From the human T2T-CHM13v2.0 reference genome, Homo sapiens: DNA of 64,000 bases. The DNA lies in assembly GCF_009914755.1 (NCBI RefSeq), contig NC_060925.1, one strand, 5' to 3'. This document shows, one piece after another, positions 16,530 to 30,404 of the stretch. The number at the start of each line of letters is the position of its first letter. The stretch's first letter is position 1. A program made the position numbers and the translations under genes. The notes under the pieces were generated by a model. The model was given only the letters and a program-made list of their open reading frames with translations. It ran no database searches and was not told the DNA's origin.

Positions 16530-16660
16530 TAGCACAGTGGTCAAGGGTGAAGGCTAGGAGTCAGACTTGAATTCAAATGCCAGCTCCACCCTTTACCACA
16601 CATGGGAACATGGGCAAGTTACTTCACTTCTTTAACCATCAGTTTCCTCATTTCTAAGAC
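16530..16660 (+). mobile_element. MIR
   Basis: Core TGGGCAAGTTACTTCACTTCTTTAACCATCAGTTTCCTCATTTCTAA. Confidence 0.8.
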
Positions 16661-16859
16661 AAATCTTGTTGGAATGACTTTTTTTCAAAATGAATTAAGT
16701 GTATAGTAGAGGGCCTATAGTTTTATATGGTTTATATAATTACTAAAACTTTTTGTATATGATTATAATAACTACATACAAAATGTCATGGCAAATGCAT
16801 AAAAACTGACTATTGACTATGCTATCCCCCACTCCACTCCCCACCATTCATTCCTAAGC

Positions 16860-18908
16860 CCACTCCAGTCAGGCAATCTGCCATTCCACTGATACTACAC
16901 TTGACAAGGTCACCAATGACATTTACACTGCTAAATGCAGTGGCCAGTTCTCAGTCTTCATCAGAGTTGAGCACTCAGCAGCCTTTGGAAAAGTTAATCT
17001 TGCATTCCACTGCCTGCCCTTTTTTGTTTTCCTAATCTCTAAACATTGGAGGGCTCCAGGGCTCCATCCTCTGGCCTCTTCTCTATCCATAACCCCTCCC
17101 CTGGTGACCTCATCTAATCTTGGAGATTTACTATCATGTAGATGCTACTGACTTCTCAAATATATATTTCCAGTTCACATCTCTCCTGTGAGTTCCAGAC
17201 TTGTTTATCCAGATGCCTGTTCAATTTCTGCTTGAATGTCTTAGGTAGTTTCTCAAACTTGGCATGTGAAAAACTGAACACCTTGATTTTCCTAAAAATC
17301 TGTTTCTCTATCATTTAGCTGCTCAGCTAAAAACTTTGGAGTTAGACATATGGACAGCCCACCCCAAGGGAAGAATCAGAGGAGAAGGGACACAAGACCC
17401 CAGAAACACACAAAGCACCTTAATATGCATGCTGCATCTCTCTAAAATTGTGGAACCTGTTTACCTGCTCTGGAGAATGGCTGCCTGTGGCAGACATAGG
17501 AGTTGTCCTCATGCTGTGCTTCCTATCTTCCACAGTAATTGACTTGTAGCTGCAATACAGTTACCAACCAGGAATACAATTTATCAGCCCCATGTCTTGC
17601 ACCTACAGCTAAGTGTGGCCATGTGACCAGTTTTCACCAATTAAGTGTGAATAGCAACAAAGTGCACCACCTTCAATTGGAGGCTTTGAAGAAGCAGGGC
17701 AGCCTTCCCTTGCTCTCTTTCCCCTTGTTCTGGTGGGATACAGATGACAATAAGGCCCTGGGTTTTGAGGTAGCCACAAGATGCAAAATACCTCAGACCT
17801 GAGTCACCACAAGGAAGAGAGAAGCCCACTGACATGGAATACCCAGCCTAGTCTACAGATGAATAAGAAATAAACTTCTATTATGTTCGAACATTACAGA
17901 TTTTGTTCTGTTATAGCAGTTTATCTCACCCTGACTAAACTGTTGCCTATCTTCCAAGATAGGCCCTCCTTCCCTGAAAGTGACTTTTTCATACATGTAA
18001 TCTGTATTTTAATTCATATTCTCCAAAGCATATCCACATCTATTCAACTATTTTCATGTCTTCCATCAATAAAAACCTCATATAAATATATACGAGGTTT
18101 TTTTTTTTTTTTTAAGACACTTTGGAGTTATCCTTGACCCTGTCCTCTTTTCTCATACCCATATACGAACCATTAAGAAATCTTGTTGCCTCAACCTTCA
18201 AAATCTATCCAGGATTTAACCACTAATCAACCCCTTCTCCTCTGTCAGTCTGTCCTCCTAGATTTCATCTTGACCATCCTTAGAAACTCCTAACCAGTCT
18301 TATTGCTTTCGCCATTGTACATCCAGACTATTCTCAAATGGCAACCAATGAGATCGTGCTGCACTTCTGCTCAAAACCTGCAAATGGCTTCCTACCTCAC
18401 TTAGGGTAAAACCAAATGGGGCCTGCACAATCTGGCTTCACCTCCTAGTGCTTTCCTCCTTGCTCATTCAGCCCAGCCACACTGCTCTTCTTGCTTTTCC
18501 ATGAACATGCTAGACACACTCTCACGTTTGGGCTTTTGCACTTGTTTCCCTTCCCAGAATGCTCTCCTCGTGGATACGCACATATCCAGCCCCTTATCTC
18601 CTTCAAATTTTAGTTCAAATGCCACTTTCTCAATGAGGGTTTTCTAACCAGCCTATTTAAACTTACAGTCTCCCATTGTCTAAAGCCTTGTCTCCCTTCC
18701 TGCTTTACTTTTCTTCATAGTAATTACCACCATCTGACTTATATTTGCTTGCCTTTCTTGTTGATTTTCTGTTTTACCCACTCAAATGTAGTCCATAAGG
18801 GAAGGGATTGTTGTTTCATTTGTTCACTTCTCTATCCCCTGGGCCTGAGCCTGGCTTTGGGTAGACACTCAGTTAATGTTTGTGTAAATTAATAAATGAA
18901 TGAATGAC
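16860..18908 (+). mobile_element. L2a, interrupted at 17345-18118
   Basis: CAAGGTCACCAATGAC...CAGTTCTCAGTCTTCATC body; 3' end ...ATAAATGAATGAATGA. Confidence 0.85.
17486..17942 (+). mobile_element. MLT1J-type MaLR solo LTR
   Basis: TGTGGCAGAC start; GTGTGGCCATGTGACCAGTTTTCACCAAT; AAGAAATAAACTTCTATTATG; TTATAGCAG...CCTGACTAAAC end; 5-bp TSD CTGCC/TTGCC. Confidence 0.8.
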
Positions 18909-18969
18909 ATTTACTACCTTATATGGTACTATAATATAAAAGCATATGATGCAGAGAATTAGGAATCTA

Positions 18970-19090
18970 GAAACTAGTTTTGACTCAGCATCCTATGTAC
19001 AAGGTTATGTAGACAAGTCATTTCACCTCTCTGAGCCTCATTTTTCTAATATTTAAAATCTACCCTCCAGAGCTGTAAAGTGTTCAAATA
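18970..19090 (+). mobile_element. MIR fragment
   Basis: ACAAGTCATTTCACCTCTCTGAGCCTCATTTTTCT core. Confidence 0.65.
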
Positions 19091-19518
19091 TAGATTATCT
19101 TATGGAGTGCAGTCTCATGCTTGCACAATGAAAGAAGTTAATTTCTACATACCTTCCATGTACCCACAATCAATGGTTTATGTAAACCTCACCTCAGGAA
19201 AATTAAGTTCTGTATGAGCAGATTTTTTTTTAAATTGCCACTGAAATAAATACCAAATTAAGCCAAATAAATACCAAAACAGACTTTGCATTTTTCATCT
19301 TTAGCCAAGCTCCTCTGGTTTGCATACTCATAATATAATTCAAATGACCATTTTTGGAGTTTTGATTTTTAGTGCTCTTTTTCTCTGCTAGGAGAAATGA
19401 ATATCTGATGCTTTGTTTTTCCAAATTGTTGTATGAAAACTGAGTAATGCTATAAAGCTTTTTAAATATTTTAGAGGTATAGCAAGTGAACTATTTTATA
19501 AGTTTCTGGGATTTTTGA

Positions 19519-19830
<312 letters not shown>

Positions 19831-21314
19831 TGAACATATTTTTTATGTTCAATATAATGTTGACTACCTAGTAAAGTCATATTTGTTCAAATTCCCCTGA
19901 TTTATTTTCTAATGAATACCTCGATATTTCTCTTATATGCTGGTCACTTATCAAATGATTCCCAGTGAACACTTTTGATTGATTAATGTATAACTTGATC
20001 AGGTACTGAATTTGCATTTGCTTAGTAAGGCCCACCTTGAAAAATAGTGCAAATAATTTATTCAGGTCAGATAGGGAGAAAGAAATCATAAAAATACTAA
20101 ACCAAACAAACTTTAGAAGTGGCTGTTAATAGATAAGATTTTCAAGGCCCATGATAAAGGGATTCTAGTTCTAGATCTGCTTTCCATATTCTTCAATTCC
20201 AAGGGACATCTTCAGCGTAGCTCCTGACTGGCCTGGCTAACGCTTCGTGCATCCTTTCTTGAGCTTTGAAGTTTGTCCTGTTTGCCCCTCAATCCTCATA
20301 AGGTCTCCTTGTGCATGTGCCCCTCCCTGAGTTTGTGTGTGAGTTGCTGTCTCATTCCTGGTCTATGTTCCCTATGTTTTTATTTCCTATCTTTTAGTAT
20401 GTAAGTAGGTAGATAGACAGATTGACTGATGATTGATTGATAGAAATAGATATATAATTTATTTTCCCATGGGTAGATCTTTAAGGTTTTCAGGCATGGG
20501 AGTAAGATAACCACCCTATCCCTCTGTGTGGTGGAATAGGGTAGAGTATGGCTGTGGCCAGAGAGACAACAGAACAGTGTAAGAAAGTGTAAAAGTCTTG
20601 AACTATAGCATAGATACGCAAGAAATAAATGAAAATGCTGCTGTTTAATGTGCTGTTTGCAATTTTTAAAAGTCTATCAGTGGGAGAATTGAATAGGTAA
20701 ATAAAGTTTTCATTGTTAACTTTGTAACAATAAGTTTCTGATAATCTGTAACACAACAATAAAGTAAGAAAGCTCAAAAGTATTCTCAAATTTCCCCATC
20801 AGGGAATAATTTCTTCCTGAATATCACTCACAGCTCCCTGGAATAATAATACAGTATAACCTTTTTATTCAATTGACACCTATGAGCCAATTTCTATTGT
20901 TTCTCAACCAACCCTCCTACTCTTCACCAGTCTGTGTTGGGGCCATATCTATGTATTCACATACATAGTATTCTTTTCTTACATCTATCCTAGAATATGT
21001 ATGTATAACACCATAATACAAGTCAACTGTCTCTTATCTGCAACCACAAATCCATAAAGCTCTGAAAACCAGAAGTTTGTTTTATGATTGGTACCAAAAT
21101 TTATTTTGTGCAAAACCTGGCTTGAACAGACATGAGGCTTGCTAGCTGATATGCCCCACTAGATGGTGAGCTTTATGGAGGCAGTCTTGATTCCTCCTGT
21201 CTGCCTGGTATCTAGTGAATCTCAACAAATATCAAATATTTGGAATAAGCAAATGAATATTTTCTATCAATTTAATATATTTGAATTTATTAGTCTTCCT
21301 CTGTTGTTCTTATT

Positions 21315-21602
21315 TGTTTTTTGAGACGGAATCTCACTCTGTCACCCAGGCTGAAGTGCAATGGCATGACCACAGCTCACCGCAGCCTCAAACTCCCAGG
21401 CTCCAACAATCCTCCTGCCTCAGCCTCTTGAGTAGCTGAGACTACAGGCACACACCACTGCACTCAGCTAATTTTTGTGTTTTTTTGTAGAGATGGGGTT
21501 TCGCCATGTTGGCCAGGCTGGTCTTGAACTTGGCTCAAGGGAACCACCCACCTCAGCCTCCCTAAGTGTTGGGATTACAGACATGAGCCACTGCGCCTGG
21601 CC
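21315..21602 (-). mobile_element. AluJ-like
   Basis: Antisense dimer with J-type GCAGCCTCAAACTCCCAGGCTC; flanking TGTTCTTATTT repeat. Confidence 0.95.
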
Positions 21603-22718
21603 TCTGTTCTTATTTTTTAAATGTTAAAACTTTGAGAAAACAAGAGTTAGGGCTAATAAGTGCTTTTCAAAAATTTATTTTTAAACTGAAAATATAAACA
21701 TTTGGTCAGATTGAAAAATCAATGATGGAACCAAGAATAATATAGTGTTTCCTGAGTTTTAGATTAGTATTTTCTTACCTAGATAAGACTAGTATTATGA
21801 ATGCCAGATAATTCCAAGGCCAAGAAAAACAACTTTCTTTAAAATCTATTAAAATGTTATGAGTGAAAATGATGAAAATAACGTTATTTTACTCCTGTGC
21901 CTGAAAACACTTAAGGGGTCCCCACTGGGGAAAAATATGAATCAATATCTACATATGTATATATTTACTTATACATATATTATACCACTAAAAAATCAGA
22001 AATAAGAAGGTAGGGCAGATAGATCAAGAATGACATAGCAACTTACATACGAACTTAGGTAGGAGAACTTGTAAATGTATTTTGAATATTTGATGCTTCT
22101 CCAGATTCTTTCACCTTTTCTTTATACATGCTTTTATGTGGGTTCACATATATAAAAATTATGTATATTGTATACAAGTTTGTATTTTTTTCTACATTTT
22201 GAGGAAATTTTGAGGAAGCAAACTTCTGCTTTATGAAACATCCACTCATGACATCAATAATTGCCAAGTAGAATCTTTTTCATAAAACACTCATGACCTA
22301 AATTGAAAAACATAAAAGTTTTATTGAAGTTACAAATGTCAGGACACAAGTACTGTTATCAAATATTAGAATTATGATATACCATAACATCTATTATTCT
22401 GCCTTGCATTATCATTCTAAATTTTGTAAATATTTGTTGGGTCATAAAGAAATAAATTTCTCTTTGAGCCATCTAACTTACTTCCTTCTAATATCCAATT
22501 TATTGAATAGGATGCCATTCTATTTCCTCCGATGAATTTTCATCTGATGTCCATTTGCAGTTCACCCTTAAACAACATGGATTTGAACCGCATGGGTCTA
22601 TTTATACGTGAATTTTTTTTAGTAAATATATTGAAAAATTTTTTGGAGATTTGCAACAACTTGAAAAAACTTGCAGACAAACTGCATAGCATAGAAATAC
22701 TTTCGAAAATTTTTTTTT

Positions 22719-23044
<326 letters not shown>

Positions 23045-23054
23045 TTAAAGTTAG

Positions 23055-23421
23055 GGCCAGGCACGGTGCTTCACACTTACAATCCCAGCACTTTGGGAGG
23101 CTGAAGCGGAAGGATCATTTGAGCCCAGGAGTTTGAGACCAGGAGTTTGAGACCAGGAGTTTGAGACCAACCTGAGCAACATAGTGGTACCCCATTGCTA
23201 CAAAAAAATAAAAAGTAAAAAGTTAGCAAGCTGTGGTGGCACTCCTGAAGTCCCAGCTCCTCAGGAGTGGGAGGATCACTTGAGCCTGGAAGGTTGAGGC
23301 TGCAGTGATCCTTGATCGCAAACACTGTGCTCTAGCCTGGGTGACAGAATGAGACCCTGTCTCAAAAAAAAAAAAAAAAGAAAAAAGAAAAAAAGAAAAG
23401 AAAAGAAAAAAATAGGAATAG
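23055..23421 (+). mobile_element. AluJ with a triplicated B-box segment
   Basis: (CCAGGAGTTTGAGA)x3 at 23125-23166; long A/GA tail. Confidence 0.95.
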
Positions 23422-23989
23422 AAAAAGTTGGGTATGTCATGAGTGCATAAATACATAAATATGTGTAGCCACTAATCTATTTTATCATTTACTGCCATGA
23501 AATACTTGAGTCGGCCAAACCAACCCCTTCTCTTCCTCTTCCTCTTCAGCCTACTCAACATGAAGACAATGAGAATTAAGACTTTATTATTATCCACTTC
23601 CACTTAATGAATAGTAAATATATTTTTTCTTATGATTTTCATAATATTTTACTTTCTCTAGCTTACTTTATTGTAAGAATACAGTATATAATACATGCAA
23701 TATACAAAATATGTGTTAATTAACTGTTTATGTCATTGGTAAGGCTTCTGGTCAACAGTAGCCTACTAGTAGTTAATTTTGGGCGGATCTAAAAGTTATA
23801 CATGGGTAATTGACCATGTAGAAGTCGGCACACCTAACACCCATGTTATTCAAAGGATTCATGGGTCAACTGTATTTCACTATTTTTATCTATTTGTAAA
23901 TTATTAATAATTGCTTTATGTATAAAAACAACAGCTGTCTCATCATCATTATAATGTCAATTGTTCCATCCTTATACTATTAATATGAT

Positions 23990-24640
23990 AAATATACATT
24001 TATACTTCAAATGACAGAAAAGTAGGCATTAATCAGCAAAGCAGTTCAGGAAAATTAATCTGGCAGGACTGAATAAAATGGGCTTGAAGAAAGTAGGCTT
24101 AAAGCAGAAATATATTGGCTAGGACTCCATTGCCATTATCTAAACAAGAATTAATGAGTTTCCTAACTGGGAATGAAATAGAAGAAATGGAAAGAAGGGA
24201 CAGTTTTAAAATGTAATGAAGGGAAAATTGATGCAATTGGATAACTGGTTGAATATAAGAAGCAAGACAGACTATCATAATTGTTAGATATTTCAGATAA
24301 TGTGGGCATGAAAGAAAGAGATGCCAAGATGGTAGTAGGTAGTAGAGAGAAGGCCAAGGAAATACTTGTATTTCCTGAAGTTGGGAAATACTTATACTTG
24401 AAGAGTGTAGAAAGGAAGGAATCAGCAGAGAGAGCTAAGGAGAAGCAAAAGAACAATTTCACAAAAACATGGATTTAAAGAAGTAGTGGGCAGCAATATT
24501 CAGTGCCGCAGAAAAGGCTCTAGATTTTATGAGTAGGAAGTCTCGTGACCTTTAAGAGCACAGGGTTCCATAGAAGGGTGAGGACAGAAACGAAATTTGA
24601 AAGGATTAAGGAATGAGTGAAGTATAAGAAAATGTGACAG
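23990..24640 (-). mobile_element. Degenerate L2 fragment
   Basis: Purine-rich L2-like blocks (GGAAGTCTCGTGACCTTTAAGAGCACAGGGTTCCATAG...GGATTAAGGAATGAGTG). Confidence 0.5.
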
Positions 24641-24651
24641 TATTTTTTCAA

Positions 24652-25040
24652 AATGAATAATCAAGCAATGAAACATGGAGGAACCTCAAATGCATGCCAC
24701 TAAGTAAAAGAAGCCAGTGTGAAAAGGCTGCATGACTGTATGATTCGAGCTACATGGCATTCTGGAAAGGGCAAGCCATGGAGACAATGAAAAGATCAAC
24801 GGCTGCCAGGGATTGCAGGGAGGAAAGGATAAACAGGCAGAGCACATCAAATTTTTAGGGCAGGGAAACTAGTCTGTATTATACTATAATGGTGGGTACA
24901 TGTCATTATGCATTTGTCAAAACCTGTAAAATGTACACCAAAAGTCAACTCTAATGTACATTATGGACTGAGTGATTATGATGTGTCAGTGTAGTTCATT
25001 GGTTGGAACAAATGTACTCTGGTGGGAGACGTTAATAGTA
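24652..25040 (+). mobile_element. L1MC1-like 3' UTR fragment
   Basis: ACATGGAGGAACCTCAAATGCAT...AAGAAGCCAGTGTGAAAAGGCTGCA...TGATTATGATGTGTCAGTGTAG. Confidence 0.85.
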
Positions 25041-25046
25041 GATGTT

Positions 25047-25323
25047 GGCCGGGCATGGTGGCTCACGCCTGTAATCCCAGAATTTTGGGAGGCCGAGGAG
25101 GGTGGATCACGAGGTCAGGAGTTCAAGAGCAGCCTGGCCAAGATGGTGAAACCCTGTCTCTACTAAAAATACAAAAATTAGCCCAGCATGGTAGCAGGCG
25201 CCTGTAATCCCAGCTACTTGGGAGGCTGAGGCAGAGAATCACTTGAACCCGGGAGGCAGAGGTTGAGTGAGCCGAGATCACGCCATTGCACTCCAGCCTG
25301 GCAATAGAGTGAGACTCCATCTC

Positions 25324-25370
<47 letters not shown>

Positions 25371-25371
25371 A
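25047..25371 (+). mobile_element. AluSg-like with (TAAA)n tail and no evident TSD
   Basis: TCACGAGGTCAGGAGTTC and GCCAAGATGGTG; about 11 TAAA units. Confidence 0.96.
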
Positions 25372-25658
25372 ATGAAGTCAATTTTAAAAGAATGTATAAC
25401 CATTTTTATTAATATAAACTTCTGTGTTACATACATGTATTACTTTTATTGTATCATTTTATAGCCCTTAAAAATTTCAACAAAATGTAAAAATGTATTT
25501 TTGTGACCAATGAAATAAGTGGAGTAAAGTGATATTGTTCAGCTAAATATATGATAGATATAAGAATTTAGTTACATTTCTGGAATGACAGAGTGGTGAT
25601 GAATTTTATAGCATTATGACGTAAGTAAGAAATGTTAGGTCTGTCTTCGGATGTCTAT

Positions 25659-26167
25659 TGTATGTTCCAGTTATTTATTGCTGTGTGTAACACACCACAC
25701 CAAAACTTAGTAGCTTAAAACAGTCATTTATTGTTATGTTCCATTTTTCTGGGGGTTGACGAAGCTGAGCGTTACTCACTTTTGTGTCCTTCAAATGGTT
25801 GCAGAAATATGACAGATGAGGCTGGAATTCTGAAAGCTTCTTTACTCACATGCCTGGCTCCTAGACTAGAATAGCTAGAATACCTGTGGGCTGGTCAGGA
25901 TTTCTCCCTCTTTTGTCTCTCCACATAGCCATAGTGTGGCTTGGGTTTCAAACAGCGTGGCATTTCAAGACCAGGAATTCCAGGAGACCCAGGTAGAAGC
26001 TTCAAAGTGTGGGAAGTGTTGGAAGTCATACAGCGTCACTTCCACTATATTCTATTTGGCAAATCTGTCACAAATGAGCCCAGATTCAAGGGAGTAGAGC
26101 AATAGATAGATACAGGGAGGAGAGAAATTGATGGTAGCCAACTGAAAACAAGAAACAAGCTACCACA
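25659..26167 (-). mobile_element. MLT1H-like MaLR solo LTR
   Basis: CAGTTATTTATTGCTG...AAAACTTAGTAGCTTAAAACA start; CCCAGATTCAAGGGAG; ends CTACCACA. Confidence 0.8.
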
Positions 26168-27384
26168 ATCTATTTAGGGGATATTTATAAAAACATAGAG
26201 ACACACATGCACAAACAACACACACGTACACACATACATGCAGATAAATACATTTTTATGAAAAAATTAAGAATTATTATGAATGTTCAAGTATACAATA
26301 ATATGCAAAGGGAAAACCTTAATAATTAAAGTAGGAAATGAGACTAACTCTGAGAAGAGTAATCAAAGACATTGTATTTTTTTTTCAGTAAGATCAAGTA
26401 AGTCATTCCAAACTGTCTGGCGTCCTGTCCCAAAACATCTCTGAACTTCTCAGTTCAAGAAGTAAGTTCCAGAATTTATTTGGCAAAGGTAGCTTATGTT
26501 CACAGTACTGTCTCTGGTTTTCCAGTCTGTCTCCTAGTCATAGGCCCCTAAAGTCCACCAGCCCTTACACTTCCGGCTGCATGCTTGCAAAATCTACTAT
26601 GTAGTTCTGATTTTGTAATTTTCATTTCAATGAGCATGAAAACTTTTAATACTGAACGTCCAGAAAAGATCTTGTTTTCTTTTATTCCCTTTCCTTTAGG
26701 TCATTTTCTTGTAGTTTTCTTCTTTCATTCAATTTTGATAAGACTTCTTTCTTTGAAAATGACATTTAAAAATAAGGTTAACACACAAGTTATTACTTTA
26801 ATAAAGCACATAACGTATACCTTATAAAATATTTTGAATGCTTTAGAAACTTGTCTTTGCTGCACACAGGCAGAATGGAGTAATATTTTAAGATTTCCTG
26901 CAACTAGAAAGGTATGGAAAGTCTTACTGATTTATATTGTGTTCTGACTTCCTGAGGCAGTTTTCCTAATGCTATTCCATTTTAGTCATACCATGAAACA
27001 GAGCTTGCTCATTTATTGTGTTTTTTTTTTTTTAATCAGAATTCAGTGTAGAACTTTGTATTTCAGTTTTGTTTGTTGTTTCTTTAGCTTAATTTCTATG
27101 GAATTTTATAGTAATAGCAGTTTTATTTTATAAAAGTTCTCTTGCTGGGAGGATAATTCTGTAAGCATTTGAGAAAAGGAATTCCCAGTTCAATTTTCAA
27201 AATTATTTTCAAAAATAAATAACCTGACTATTTAACATATATAGTGTTCCAGACTTGCATTTATTGCCTGTACTATGTAATTAAAGATTTTATTATCTAT
27301 AGTTACTTGGGAAGACACATCTTTTACATCAGTGTTTGTTTCTCAGGACAGGAAACATTTATTACGGTTCTTTTGTATTCCTAA

Positions 27385-27700
<316 letters not shown>

Positions 27701-27850
27701 TTAAAGCTCATACCATAGTTCTAGACAAATAATATGTAGATGCTCACGTGATAAAAGGGTGTTTATGTTGTATTCTTTCCATTTAATTCTTGTAATTTGA
27801 GTCTTACTTGCCTTCCTTAACCATACACCATAGAAACATTATAGAATTTC

Positions 27851-28232
27851 TTTTATTTTTTTTTCCATCAACTTTTATTTTATGTCCCAGGGTACATATG
27901 CAGGATATGCAGGTTTGTTACATAGGTAAATGTGTGTCATGTTTGTTGGCTGCACAGATCAACCCATCCCCTAGGTATTAAGTCTGTCACCCATTAGCTA
28001 TTCTTCCCTGATGCTCTCCCCCAACCTTTACCCCAACACAGGCCCCTGCGTGTATTGTTCCCCCGCACCATATATCCATGTGTTCCCATCCTTCAGCTCC
28101 CACTTATAAGTGAGAACATGCGATGTTTGGTTTTCTGTTCCTGCATTAGTTTGCTGAGAATAACAGCTTCCAGCTCCATCCATGTCCCTGCAAACAACAT
28201 GATCTTGTTGCTTTTTATGGCTGCATAGTATT
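27851..28232 (-). mobile_element. Older L1PA (about PA10-13) 3' end
   Basis: GGTACATATGCAGGATATGCAGGTTTGTTACATAGGTAAA...CCCACTTATAAGTGAGAACATGCGATGTTTGG. Confidence 0.9.
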
Positions 28233-28415
28233 ATGGACTTTTTTATGATGTAGCTTAGTCTTAATAACATTACTGGTTATTTGTGCATAAGATCTTTCTG
28301 ATTTAAATCTTTCCCCTAAATATTAAAACAGAAATGGGAAAATTTAATCTTTCTGAAAAGATCTCCTCTTTTTGTCATGTGGTTTTTAATGGCTTTTTAT
28401 TAATACAGTCTCGAG

Positions 28416-28750
28416 CAGGGGTCTCCAACCCCCAGGCCACAGATGGGTACCAGTCAGTGCCTGTTAGGAACCATGCAGCACAGTGGGAGGTGAGTGGTGG
28501 GAGAGACAGCATTATTGCCTGAGCTCTGCCTCCTGTCAGATCAGGGGCGACATTAGATTTTCATAGCAGCAGGAACTCTATTGTGAACTGCGCATGCGAG
28601 AGATCTAGTTTGTGCTCTCCTTATGAGAATCTAATGCCTGATCATCTGAGGTGGAACGGTTTCATCCTGAAACCATTCCCCCAACCCACTCTGTGGAAAA
28701 ATTGTCTTCTACAAAACCAGTCCCTGGTGCCAAAAAGGTTGGGCATTGCC
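28416..28750 (+). mobile_element. MER1B (hAT-Charlie)
   Basis: CAGGGGTCTCCAACCCCCAGGCCAC...CCTGTTAGGAACC...CCAGTCCCTGGTGCCAAAAAGGTTGGG; about 335 bp. Confidence 0.9.
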
Positions 28751-28795
28751 ATTATATATAATAGCTGAAGCGTATATACCAGGACATTTTTTTAA

Positions 28796-29123
<328 letters not shown>

Positions 29124-29128
29124 TAAGG

Positions 29129-29513
29129 TTTTTTTTTTTGGATTTTTTTTTTTTTAGATGGCCTCACTCTGTTCCCCTAGGCTGGAGTGCCATGGAAAGA
29201 TCCTAATCTTTTCAAGGCTCACTGCAGCCTTGACCTCTTGGGGTCAAGTGATCCTCCCTGAGTAGCTAGGACCACAGGTGCATCACCTGTCTCAGCCTCC
29301 TGAGTAGCTCCTCAGCCTCCTGAGTAGCTAGGACCACAGGTGCATCACCACACCCAGCTAATGTTTTTTATTATTTTGGTACAGACAGGCTCTCCCTATG
29401 TTGCCCAGGCCGGCCTCAAACTCCTGGACTCTAGTGATCCTCCTGCCAAGTGCTTTGGGAGCACTTGGCCTCCAAAGTGCTGGTATTATATGTATGAATC
29501 ACTGTGCCCAGCC
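29129..29513 (-). mobile_element. AluJ with several internal micro-duplications
   Basis: Outer TSD CTCATTAAGATTT at 28819-28831 and 29514-29526. Confidence 0.93.
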
Positions 29514-30404
29514 CTCATTAAGATTTAAGAGAAGACTTTTACTCCCTGCATGCAATGGCTTATACTCACAAATCTCAGCAAATATCAGTTCTTCAAATGA
29601 CATGACACTGACAAGAAATGGAAAGAACCGTTAAGAATAATAAAAAAGAGAAAGCTAACTTACAGTGACATAGAAAGAAATGAGACATTTCCAGAGAAGT
29701 AGTCAGTTCTTGTGATTATTAATTTTCTTCCTTCTAAACTGACTAATAAATAGCATTTTCAGTTACTTGCACCTTTGAAGCTTTCTGTAGCAGCATTGTT
29801 TCCATCACTGTGACATAAGTCTCCTGAGTACAACTCTTAAAATTAACCCTTTTGAGGTTGCCAGTGGTTTCAGTTTCTTTATATTCTTCTGCCTGTCACG
29901 CAGAAAAGTAAATCATTTTCTCTAAATTTGTCATCTTTTCTACTCTGTTATAGACCCGTCTTCATATTTTAATTTCCCTTAACTTTTGCAGTCTGAACAA
30001 ATGAAGAAATCACATTTGTATCTTATTTTAAGTCCTCATCAAAAATTCAATTCCTTTTGGAGTTTTTCAAAAGCTTTCAATAGTGGAGGAGTTATAAGGA
30101 GAAGCGAGGTCAGATGGTTGACAGGAAGTGGGTAAAGTGTTTCATTGAGGAAGAGTGTGGGGTTAAAGAACACACAATAAAAGGAGACAAAGGAAGAAGT
30201 AGGGCCCCGTGGAAACAAGAGTCATAAAGACATAGAAGTGGAGTGCCAAATGTCTATATTTCTTCACAAAGATGACAAGATTTGAAAATACACGTCAGTG
30301 ACAGTGGCTGGCAATCAACTACCACGATAGACCATAATGAAAGCCGGGTGGACAAGTATTCATTTCTTTGAAATGAATACTTTGAAATGAATAACTTTGA
30401 AAGG

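Noticed and set aside
21018-21140. Possible ancient Tigger-type fragment
   Set aside because: The resemblance is too weak to name or bound without a search.
23125-23169. CRISPR-like or spacer array
   Set aside because: It is a simple tandem triplication in an Alu with no spacers, in eukaryotic DNA.
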